DNA from: Eudoraea sp.
GTDB lineage: Bacteria; Bacteroidota; Bacteroidia; Flavobacteriales; Flavobacteriaceae
Reading direction: 5' to 3'
DNA: 34,408 bases
Assembly (NCBI GenBank): GCA_024642325.1
Contig: JAHEBI010000001.1
Location: 1-34,408 of the forward strand
The number at the start of each line of letters is the position of its first letter. Position 1 is the first letter of the stretch. A program made the translations under genes and the position numbers. This document shows, one piece after another, positions 18,465 through 26,865 of this stretch. The notes beneath the pieces are model-generated. The model saw nothing but the letters and a program-made list of their open reading frames with translations. It ran no database searches and had not been told where the DNA came from.

Positions 18465-18482
18465 AGCTACAGTTGTGCCAAA
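18465..18482 (-). promoter_or_regulatory. sigma54 (-24/-12) promoter of the exporter operon
   Basis: Minus strand reads TTTGGCACAACTGTAGCT = TGGCAC-N5-TAGC with exact GG-N10-GC spacing, about 25 nt before the tolC ATG. Confidence 0.78.
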
Positions 18483-18486
18483 ATAT

Positions 18487-18499
18487 TAATGTATTGATA
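18487..18499 (-). promoter_or_regulatory. IHF-like binding site
   Basis: Minus strand TATCAATACATTA matches WATCAA-N4-TTR exactly and lies between the promoter and the enhancer sites. Confidence 0.55.
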
Positions 18500-18543
18500 T
18501 TCATTATGTTAGAAGTTATATCATTAGAAGTAAGTTCATAAGA

Positions 18544-18582
18544 CGTAAAATATTTATACAGTATATGTCTAATTTTTGGACA
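18544..18582. promoter_or_regulatory. Tandem enhancer (UAS) sites for the NtrC-type activator
   Basis: CGTAAAATATTTATACA (18544-18560) and the near-palindrome TGTCTAA-TTT-TTGGACA (18566-18582); both fit YGT-N11-ACA and are 22 bp apart. Confidence 0.6.
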
Positions 18583-18605
18583 CTTTTATGTTTTATATAA
18601 ATTTG
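18575..18605 (+). promoter_or_regulatory. Bacteroidota housekeeping promoter for the two-component genes
   Basis: TTTG (18575-18578), 19-nt spacer, TAAATTTG (18598-18605): canonical -33/-7 arrangement. Confidence 0.7.
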
Positions 18606-18646
18606 AAATCGTAGTTTTAGTTTATGGATTTTAAAAACTACACTCT

Positions 18647-20011
18647 GTGCTGGAAGGAAAAATATTGGTTATAGATGATAACAAAAGTGTTTTAAGCGCC
18701 CTGGAAATACTGTTGCAGTTTGAGTTCAAAACCGTGGACAGTATATCCAATCCAAACCAAATTTCATCATTCCCTAAATTAAAGGATTACGATATTATTC
18801 TACTGGATATGAACTTCTCTGCAGGTGTCAACAGTGGTAATGAAGGGTTGTATTGGCTAAAGGAAATTAAAAAGATAGCGCCGGCTATTTCCGTGATTAT
18901 GATGACGGCATATGGAGCTGTAGATTTAGCTGTCCAGGCCCTTAAAGAGGGTGCTGCAGATTTTATTCTTAAACCCTGGAACAATGACAAGTTAATTGCT
19001 ACTCTAAAAACAACCTATTCTTTAAGTAAATCCCGGAAAGAAGTCATACAACTAAAAGAAAAGGAGAGTAATTTAAAACAGGTCATCAACCAAAATAAAA
19101 ATTATATCATTGGGAATTCCGCTGCCCTTAACGCTGTTTTGAATCTGGCCAGAAAAGTAGCCAAAACCAATGTCAATGTTTTAATTACAGGCGAAAACGG
19201 TACCGGAAAAGAATTGATTGCACGTGAATTGCATCGTATTTCAGAAAGGAAAGATGAAGTTTTTATCTCAGTGGATATGGGTTCCATTTCCGAATCTCTC
19301 TTTGAAAGCGAACTTTTCGGGCATGTAAAAGGTTCTTTTACGGATGCCAAAGAAGATAGGGCAGGCAAATTTGAAGCCGCTAACGGGGGAACACTTTTCC
19401 TGGATGAGATTGGAAATATATCGCTACAAACACAGGCCAAGCTGTTATCTGCTATTCAAAACAAGCTGGTTGTACGGGTTGGATCCAATAAGCCTATTTC
19501 CGTGGATATACGGTTAATATGTGCCACCAATTGTGATCTGGATAAAATGGTCGCAGAAGGTCTTTTCAGAGAGGATCTATTATACCGTATAAATACAATT
19601 CGCATGGAAATTCCACCACTGAGGGAACGGGAAAACGATGTTTTGATTTTGGCCGATTTTTATCTGAAAAGATTTACGGCAAAATACGGTAAACCAGGTT
19701 TGCGGATTAATAAGGCAGCCTATGATAATTTTTTATCCCATAAGTGGCCGGGGAATATTCGTGAGCTGGTACATGCCATAGAAAGAGCGGTAATTTTAGC
19801 TGATGGCAATGTACTGAAGCCCACTGATTTCCTGTTGAATGAAAAGTCCTCAATATCCTTAGAAACAGGGCCAGACACTTTGGAAGAAATGGAGCGGCTT
19901 ATGATTAGTAAGGCACTGAATCAAAACGATGGAAATTATAGTGCGGCAGCGGAACAGCTGGGAATTTCAAGGCAAACCCTGTATAACAAGATAAAAAAAA
20001 GAAATACGTAA
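18647..20011 (+). CDS. NtrC-family sigma54-dependent response regulator (REC-AAA+-Fis HTH)
   Basis: GTG start. ILVIDD, LLDMNF and FILKPW (receiver); GENGTGKE, ESELFGHVKGSFTDA, GTLFLDEIG, FREDLLYR and WPGNIREL (AAA+); AAEQLGISRQTLY (HTH). Confidence 0.95.
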   Translation: MLEGKILVIDDNKSVLSALEILLQFEFKTVDSISNPNQISSFPKLKDYDIILLDMNFSAGVNSGNEGLYWLKEIKKIAPAISVIMMTAYGAVDLAVQALKEGAADFILKPWNNDKLIATLKTTYSLSKSRKEVIQLKEKESNLKQVINQNKNYIIGNSAALNAVLNLARKVAKTNVNVLITGENGTGKELIARELHRISERKDEVFISVDMGSISESLFESELFGHVKGSFTDAKEDRAGKFEAANGGTLFLDEIGNISLQTQAKLLSAIQNKLVVRVGSNKPISVDIRLICATNCDLDKMVAEGLFREDLLYRINTIRMEIPPLRERENDVLILADFYLKRFTAKYGKPGLRINKAAYDNFLSHKWPGNIRELVHAIERAVILADGNVLKPTDFLLNEKSSISLETGPDTLEEMERLMISKALNQNDGNYSAAAEQLGISRQTLYNKIKKRNT

Positions 20012-21360
20012 TGGTAAGCAGAAATATTTATTTGCAGTTGGTGGTGCGAATCTGCCTTTTATGCCTTACGGCCTTGCTTGTCGCCTTTTTATTCTTTTCG
20101 GATAACTATATATTATCTGTTTTGACGCTTATGCTATTGGTAGTTCAGACGGTCTTATTAATTAATTATACAAACCATACCAATCGGAAAATTGCCTATT
20201 TTTTTGATGCCATAAAAAATGAGGATTTCACCTTGCGGTTTCCTGAAAAGTTGAGTTTAAAGTCGTTGGAAGAATTAAACCACAGTCTCAACATGCTGAA
20301 CTCTATGATACAGGATATTCATATTAAAAAGCAAATCCAGGAACAGTATTATCAGGAAATAATCAAACAGGCAGATATTGGCATTATGACTATAAATAAA
20401 AAAGGACATATCCTTTTTGCCAATAAAAAAATTGAAGAGCTGTTGTGTTACAGACCGCTTAACCATATTAAACAATTGACCCAGGTAGATCCAGGACTTT
20501 ATGAGCTGTTTGTCTTGTTAAAACCCTTTGAAAGAAAACTGGTCCAGTTATCCAATGAAAGGGAGAAAAAACAACTGGCCTTAAAATCCACGGCTTTAAT
20601 CTTAAATAAAGAAGAGCTTCTTTTGGTGGTAGCCCAGGACATACACCAGGAACTGGATGAAAAAGAGACAGATTCCTGGGTGCGTCTAATAAGGGTGCTT
20701 ACCCATGAGATTATGAACACCATAACGCCCATTACTTCCATATCAGAGTCCATTCTAAAATATTTTAAACCCGATAATAATCTGATTAACGTAAAGGATA
20801 TTGATGAAAACCGAATAAAAAATACCGTCAGGGGTCTTGAAGTTATTCAGGAACAGGGCGGGGATTTAATGCAATTTGTTCAGTCGTACAGAAGTTTTCT
20901 CAGTTTACCACCTCCGGACAAGGCCCTGGTTCCAGCTCAAAAGATGATGGATAAAGTGAAAGTTTTATTGGAGCAGGAAGGGCAAAACGGCAGTCTCAGC
21001 ATAGAGACCATCGTAACCCCAAAAGAGATTGAATTTTTTATTGATGAGAAACAAATATCTCAGGTATTGGTAAATTTAGGGAAAAACGCAGCCCAATCTC
21101 TGGGACAACAGGAGAATGGCCTTATCCAAATAACTGCCGGTACCAATGCTAAAGGAAGTAAGTATATAGAAGTCTGGGACAATGGCCCGGGCATACCAAC
21201 TGAGCTAATTGAAGAAATTTTCGTTCCTTTCTTCACAACCAAAAATGCCGGAACTGGTATTGGACTAAGTTTGTCAAAGCAAATTATGCATTTGCATGGA
21301 GGAAATCTTCAGGTACATTCAATACCGTCTGAGTACACCTCATTTGTGTTGACTTTCTAA
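20011..21360 (+). CDS. Sensor histidine kinase (two TM helices, PAS-like domain, HisKA, HATPase)
   Basis: LTHEIMN H-box, QVLVNL.KNA, DNGPGI, FVPFFTTK and GTGIGLS. The TAATG stop/start overlap couples it to the regulator. Confidence 0.95.
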   Translation: MVSRNIYLQLVVRICLLCLTALLVAFLFFSDNYILSVLTLMLLVVQTVLLINYTNHTNRKIAYFFDAIKNEDFTLRFPEKLSLKSLEELNHSLNMLNSMIQDIHIKKQIQEQYYQEIIKQADIGIMTINKKGHILFANKKIEELLCYRPLNHIKQLTQVDPGLYELFVLLKPFERKLVQLSNEREKKQLALKSTALILNKEELLLVVAQDIHQELDEKETDSWVRLIRVLTHEIMNTITPITSISESILKYFKPDNNLINVKDIDENRIKNTVRGLEVIQEQGGDLMQFVQSYRSFLSLPPPDKALVPAQKMMDKVKVLLEQEGQNGSLSIETIVTPKEIEFFIDEKQISQVLVNLGKNAAQSLGQQENGLIQITAGTNAKGSKYIEVWDNGPGIPTELIEEIFVPFFTTKNAGTGIGLSLSKQIMHLHGGNLQVHSIPSEYTSFVLTF

Positions 21361-21598
21361 AACATACTTTGTGATTCGTTCAATTACTTCAAGGATAGTA
21401 TCATTCCACCTCAGTTAGTATCATAGAGTCTTATGTTATTATTGAGTATCTAATGAATTTCCCGGTTTAAAGCGAAAAGCAGAAGAAATAATAGCGCTAT
21501 TGAAATACAGATATTCCAATTAATATCTATGCCGTAAACCTTAAAATGCACATGATCAAATTCTTTTATATATTTAGGGTGTTGACTAATAGCCCATT

Positions 21599-23014
21599 AT
21601 GACCATTAGAATACGAGTTTTTATATTGTGTTGTCTTTGGCTAAGTGCCTGCCAGATGAAAAAACCCAATGTCAATGAGATTCCTGTTCTCAGGGATTTT
21701 GATGAAATTGTGACGGATGGTAAGCTAAAAGTCCTCATAGCATATAGTGCCACGAGTTACTTTTTATATCGCGGACAAACCATGGGCTATGAGTACGAAT
21801 TATTAAAACGGCTGGCCAAAAAATTAAACCTGGAACTGGAATTAAAGGTTTCCAGAAACCTGGACGACATGCTCGATGAGCTGAAAAATGGAGATATTGA
21901 CCTTGTAGCGCACGGACTGGCAATCACCCGGGAAAGGAAAGAAGAGGTAGCTTTTATTGACTATCTATACCTCACCAAACAGGTACTGGTGCAAAGAAAA
22001 CCGGATAACTGGCGTAATCTGACCATTGATAATATAAAGGAAGCCATGATACAAGACCCTATTGAGCTAATTGGGGATACTGTAAGTGTACGAAAAAATT
22101 CTTCCTATTTAGAACGGCTTTTAAATTTATCAAAAGAAATTGGAGGCGATATAGTTATAGATACCTTAGAGGGCACAAATTCTACCGATGAAATCATTAA
22201 ACAGGTGGTGGATAAAAAAATAAAGTATACGGTAGCAGACGGGAATCTGGCAAAGATTAACGCTTCCCACTACCCTATATTAGACGTGAGTGTGCCGGTA
22301 AGTTTTTCACAGCGGATTGCCTGGGCCGTAAGGGCCGGCTCCCCTATACTATTGGAAAAAATTAACAACTGGATAGAAGAAGAGAAAAAGGGTTCTGACT
22401 ATTATGTTATTTACAATAAGTACTTTGAAAATGAAAGAACCTTTAAACGCCGGGTGAAAAGTGAGTTTTACAGCCTCAATAATAATCAGATAAGTGCTTA
22501 TGATAAACTAATAAAGGCACATGCGAAAGAACTGGGCTGGGATTGGCGGCTACTGGCTTCATTGGTATATCAGGAATCCCAGTTTCAACCTAATGATTCA
22601 TCGTGGGCAGGAGCTAAAGGCCTGATGCAGATGATGCCAGCAACGGCCGAGGAGCTTGGGATTAAGGATCTGGGGGATCCCGAGGAGAGTTTACGCGGAG
22701 GGACGGCCTATCTGGGACAGCTTTACGGTAATTTTGAGATGATTAAGGATTCGGTACAAAGGATAAAATTTACGTTGGCTTCCTATAATTGCGGATACCA
22801 ACATGTAAAAGATGCTCAGAGCCTTGCCGAAGTGGATGGCCTCGATAAATACACCTGGGATGGTAATGTAGACAAAATGATCCTGGCGCTTAGTAATCCT
22901 GAACACTACAACCATGAGGCCGTTCAGTATGGATATGTTCGCGGTACGGAACCGTATGATTATGTGATGGAGATATTTAACAGGTACAACCGTTATGCCT
23001 CATTGGTAGATTAA
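21599..23014 (+). CDS. mltF: Membrane-bound lytic murein transglycosylase F (SBP domain plus SLT domain), lipoprotein
   Basis: LSAC lipobox; YFLYRG..MGYEYEL SBP domain; SLT motifs DWRLLASLVYQESQF, GAKGLMQMMP.TA, ASYNCG and GYVRG.EP..YV. Confidence 0.88.
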   Translation: MTIRIRVFILCCLWLSACQMKKPNVNEIPVLRDFDEIVTDGKLKVLIAYSATSYFLYRGQTMGYEYELLKRLAKKLNLELELKVSRNLDDMLDELKNGDIDLVAHGLAITRERKEEVAFIDYLYLTKQVLVQRKPDNWRNLTIDNIKEAMIQDPIELIGDTVSVRKNSSYLERLLNLSKEIGGDIVIDTLEGTNSTDEIIKQVVDKKIKYTVADGNLAKINASHYPILDVSVPVSFSQRIAWAVRAGSPILLEKINNWIEEEKKGSDYYVIYNKYFENERTFKRRVKSEFYSLNNNQISAYDKLIKAHAKELGWDWRLLASLVYQESQFQPNDSSWAGAKGLMQMMPATAEELGIKDLGDPEESLRGGTAYLGQLYGNFEMIKDSVQRIKFTLASYNCGYQHVKDAQSLAEVDGLDKYTWDGNVDKMILALSNPEHYNHEAVQYGYVRGTEPYDYVMEIFNRYNRYASLVD

Positions 23015-23103
23015 AACACCCGACTATTTTTATAGTATTCAAAAAAAGTAATAAACCTCTCAGTTGTCTTATCCGTTAAAATAACAAATCCCTATTCCAA
23101 ACA

Positions 23104-23487
23104 TTAGTATGCTAACAATGAAACGGTTGCTACAGCTGCTGCACTCACTATAATAAGTGTCAGTACTAACACTGGAATAGCAACTGTAAGGATGGTCGAC
23201 CATGTTTTATTCTGAAGAACTATTTTGGAAATTTCATTCGAGTCCAAAGGTATCCTGACATATTCTCCTTTGCTCTTTTTGAGACCATAGAATTTCCCGT
23301 CTTCAAATCCAATATGTTTAAATCTGTACGTCTCATCGGTAGTGGCTTTAACTTTTGCACGGGTAACTTCTTTGGTGGCTTGTTCCAGTGTGACAGGTGT
23401 ATTGTGATAAACCACACATCCCTGAAAAAAGACTGACATTGCAAAATAATAAACAATTATGGCAACCTTATTTTTCAAAGTTTTCAT
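23104..23487 (-). CDS. Hypothetical lipoprotein with a C-terminal TM helix
   Basis: FFQGC lipobox, small basic domain and a long hydrophobic C-terminus. Confidence 0.75.
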   Translation of the reverse strand: MKTLKNKVAIIVYYFAMSVFFQGCVVYHNTPVTLEQATKEVTRAKVKATTDETYRFKHIGFEDGKFYGLKKSKGEYVRIPLDSNEISKIVLQNKTWSTILTVAIPVLVLTLIIVSAAAVATVSLLAY

Positions 23488-24013
23488 ATGCAGTGATTTA
23501 AAAATCCTTGCCTAAATGTAATTTAAATTACAATCCAAAATAGTATTTGATTGGAATAATAATAACAAACTAACAGGGGAATAAATGAGAGGTGTCAAGG
23601 TCAGGTAGACCATCTTCTTTTGCCTCCCCGTTAGCTAAAATCACACGAAGCAAACAAAAAATATTCTGTAATAAATAAGTTTGGGCCTGCTCTGCTATTG
23701 TTTTTGGTTTTAGCAGGTCCATCCCCAAATTCAATTGTTTTTTTTTAGGTTAAATTTAAAAAGTCCTATCTTTAACTTCAACTTGAAACCTTGCAGGATT
23801 TCCTAAAAAGATATTGTTTTAAACTCTTGTGATTGTTCTTGTCATTTTAATATTTCCAGGCTGCTAAGTGATGATTTATTATATGGTCCCGGATATACCT
23901 TTTTTTCCGTCCTCCAGATTTTACGATGAGATAAGAGTTATGGTAATGCTGTTCGTCTATAAAATTATAATCTGAAAAAAATCCAGGGCATATAACAAAA
24001 TTTAAATGATATT

Positions 24014-25693
24014 ATGAAACACATTTGTCTTCTATTCGGTTTGCTGATTATCGCAATTGGTTCCCCTTTGTCAGCCCAGCAAAAACCAAAACTTATATTG
24101 CAAATAACCGTAGACCAGCTAAGGGCAGACCTGCCCATGAAAGTCTATGACCGCCTGCCTGCTGGTGGTTTTAAATACCTTTATGAGCAGGGCGTTGTAT
24201 ATGAAAATGCCTATCACCGACACGCCAATACAGAAACTGTCGTAGGACATACCACACTGGCTACAGGGGCAGATCCTTCTGCCCATGGAATGATCGGCAA
24301 CATCTGGTTCGATACTGAGAGCAAGCAAACGGTATATAATGTTCAGGACATCAACCATCCACTATTGGGTGAAGGGAGCGGGGTTGATAAAAAAACAGAA
24401 ATAGACCCCACGCAGGCCGCTGCCACCACAGACGGCAGGTCTCCGGCGGCTATCCTGGGAACAACATTTAGCGACGAACTGGCCATGTTTACGAATGGAA
24501 AGGCCAAAATATTCGGAGTGTCTATAAAGGACCGTGGAGCTATTACACTAGCCGGTCATGCAGGAAAAGCATTCTGGTTCAGCAAGGCGAAAGGCGAATT
24601 TGTAACCAGCACCTATTACTATGAAGACTATCCCGACTGGGTAAAAAAATGGAATGCCCGGAAGAAAATCCATTCCTATCTTAATACCAGCTGGGAACTG
24701 ATGCACGACAGGGCTACCTATATCTATGGCGAAGAAGATGATATGCCCTGGGAAACAAAATTTCCGGGCTACGGCGTGGTATTTCCGCATCCTTTCGGAG
24801 AGATGAGTAAGTATTTTACCACCTTCCTCACCTTAAGCCCCGTAGGTGATGAACTGACCCTGGATTTTGCCAAAACCCTGATAGAGGCTGAAAATATAGG
24901 TGCTGACACCATTACAGATTATCTGTCCATTAGTTTTTCTTCAACTGACTATGTGGGGCATGTCTTTGGCCCATCCAGCCTTGAGGGTGAAGATAACCTC
25001 TTCAGGTTAGACAGGACCCTCGCAAATCTGCTAACATTTGTTGATGAGAAAGTGGGGTTGAAAAACACCCTTATCGTGCTGTCTGCAGACCACGGAGGGG
25101 TAGATGCCCCGGGTCATATGAAGAAATTTGGGATCGATGCCGGGTATTTTGATATCGATGCCGTAGACACGCTTTCCATCAAAAAAGTGTTACAGGAGGA
25201 ATTTCAGGTTACCGATAAACTGGTTTCCGGCTATTTCCACCCCTATGTGTATTTAGATAAACAGGCTATAGCAAAGAACCATCTGGATATTGATGCCGTG
25301 TCAAGGGTCCTGGCGGCAGAATTGAGGAAAGAAAAAGGCATTTCCGATGCCATTGCCTCTGCGGATCTTTTAGAAGGGAATTTGTCCCAGACACCATTAA
25401 ATACTGCTGTATTACGAAATTATAATCCCAAGCGGTCCGGGGAGATCTATCTGGTTTTTGAACCCTATTGGTTTATCAATGATTTTGACGGACTGACCGT
25501 GGCTACAACACATGGTTCGCCCTGGAAATATGATCAGCACGTACCAGTAATCTTTATGGGCAGCGGGCTGGAAGCTGCTAAAATCTATCGCCCTGTGGAA
25601 ACCGTGGACGTAGCAACTACCTTGTCCCATTATTTGAGCATTAAGGTCCCTTCCGGAGCCTCCGGTACACCCTTAAAGGAAGTATTAAAGTGA
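24014..25693 (+). CDS. Alkaline phosphatase superfamily, PafA-type phosphomonoesterase
   Basis: Signal peptide; VDQLR, NTETVVGH (Thr nucleophile), SIKDRGA, STDYVGH, SADHG and THGS. Confidence 0.9.
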   Translation: MKHICLLFGLLIIAIGSPLSAQQKPKLILQITVDQLRADLPMKVYDRLPAGGFKYLYEQGVVYENAYHRHANTETVVGHTTLATGADPSAHGMIGNIWFDTESKQTVYNVQDINHPLLGEGSGVDKKTEIDPTQAAATTDGRSPAAILGTTFSDELAMFTNGKAKIFGVSIKDRGAITLAGHAGKAFWFSKAKGEFVTSTYYYEDYPDWVKKWNARKKIHSYLNTSWELMHDRATYIYGEEDDMPWETKFPGYGVVFPHPFGEMSKYFTTFLTLSPVGDELTLDFAKTLIEAENIGADTITDYLSISFSSTDYVGHVFGPSSLEGEDNLFRLDRTLANLLTFVDEKVGLKNTLIVLSADHGGVDAPGHMKKFGIDAGYFDIDAVDTLSIKKVLQEEFQVTDKLVSGYFHPYVYLDKQAIAKNHLDIDAVSRVLAAELRKEKGISDAIASADLLEGNLSQTPLNTAVLRNYNPKRSGEIYLVFEPYWFINDFDGLTVATTHGSPWKYDQHVPVIFMGSGLEAAKIYRPVETVDVATTLSHYLSIKVPSGASGTPLKEVLK

Positions 25694-25715
25694 TTTAATT
25701 CTCTGAATCACTTTT
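25687..25715 (+). terminator. Possible terminator or stabilising hairpin after the phosphatase
   Basis: AAAGTGATT-N10-AATCACTTT inverted repeat overlapping the stop codon; the stem is AT-rich. Confidence 0.35.
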
Positions 25716-25801
25716 ATAAACATTGAATTAAACATTTGTAGTAAAAATACAAGGAAATTCCCCTTTCCAATTATTAGAAGTATTGGTATATCCGGGCTTA
25801 A

Positions 25802-25845
25802 CTGATATAAATCATTTTATAGAACAAGTCTCAGGGTGATCTTTG
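25802..25845 (+). promoter_or_regulatory. FNR/CRP-like site with a near-consensus -7 element
   Basis: CTGAT-ATAA-ATCAT (core TGAT-N4-ATCA), then 23 nt after the core GATCTTTG, one mismatch from TAnnTTTG. Confidence 0.4.
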
Positions 25846-25907
25846 TTCATTGATCAGATCCAATGCAGACCTCCTTTATAAAGTTCAACATGTTTAGAAT
25901 TCAGAAT

Positions 25908-26750
25908 ATGAAATCAGCACGTATTATTCCTTTACTTTTCGTATTGGCTTTCCTGACAGGGTTTGTACAATACGCTCAGGAAACAAGTCCCACAACTGCC
26001 GCTAATGATGTAGATAAGCTGTCCCAACAGGCGGCTAACCCAGTTGCGGACCTGATTAGTTTTCCTTTTCAGAACAACCTGAATATAAACAACGGCCCTT
26101 TTAACCGTAATGTTAATGTGTTGAATATTCAACCGGTGATTCCGTTCAACCTAAAAAACGGGAATATCATTACAAGAACGATATTCCCTATAGTAAGTAT
26201 CCCTGATTTTGGGAGTGAAACGGGTACTTATACTTCCGGTTTAAGCGATATTGTTTTTACCGCTTTTTATTCTCCAAAAAGCGAGACTATCTGGGGCATT
26301 GGCCCGGTCCTTGAAATACCCACGGGAGGCAGCAACCGAGGCACTGAAAAATGGAGTGTAGGGCCTTCCCTGGTTGCTTTGATACAACCCGGAGACTGGA
26401 CCTTTGGGGTCTTGTTGAACAATGTCTGGTCTTTTGCAGGGGAGTCAGATCGGGAAAAAGTTAATCGCATGCTGTTAAATCTATTTATTGTTCGTCAGCT
26501 AGGTAATGGCTGGTATGTAAATAGTGCTCCAATCATCACAGCCAATTGGGAGGCCAATTCCGGAGATCAGTGGGTGGTTCCTTTAGGTGCCGGGGGTGGT
26601 AAATTGTTTTTTCTTGGTGGAAAACTCCCCATAAATATTCAGACACAGCTCTATTATAACGTGGTCAAACCCGACTTTGGCCCGGAATGGCAGTGGCGTT
26701 TTCAGTTGCAAATACTTCTGCCAAAAACCATTTTTGCAGGAAAAGGATAA
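25908..26750 (+). CDS. Putative outer-membrane beta-barrel (family often mis-annotated 'neuromedin U')
   Basis: Signal peptide from ATG 25908; QQAANPVADLIS.PFQNN, LNIQPVIP, GL.DI, WGIGP...PT and W.VPLG.G.GK; alternating beta-strands ending WRFQLQILLP. Confidence 0.75.
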   Translation: MKSARIIPLLFVLAFLTGFVQYAQETSPTTAANDVDKLSQQAANPVADLISFPFQNNLNINNGPFNRNVNVLNIQPVIPFNLKNGNIITRTIFPIVSIPDFGSETGTYTSGLSDIVFTAFYSPKSETIWGIGPVLEIPTGGSNRGTEKWSVGPSLVALIQPGDWTFGVLLNNVWSFAGESDREKVNRMLLNLFIVRQLGNGWYVNSAPIITANWEANSGDQWVVPLGAGGGKLFFLGGKLPINIQTQLYYNVVKPDFGPEWQWRFQLQILLPKTIFAGKG

Positions 26751-26865
26751 AATAATTATCCTTTTATAATTCAATGAATTAAAATATTTTACCGGGATTA
26801 ATAGGTCAAAAGAACATTGTAAATCTTAATAAATTGAGTGCGGTAACAAAAAATTTGAACTAAAC

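Noticed and set aside
21396-21502. TAGTATCAT direct repeat and AATAGCGCTATT palindrome upstream of mltF
   Set aside because: Short, AT-rich and compatible with chance.
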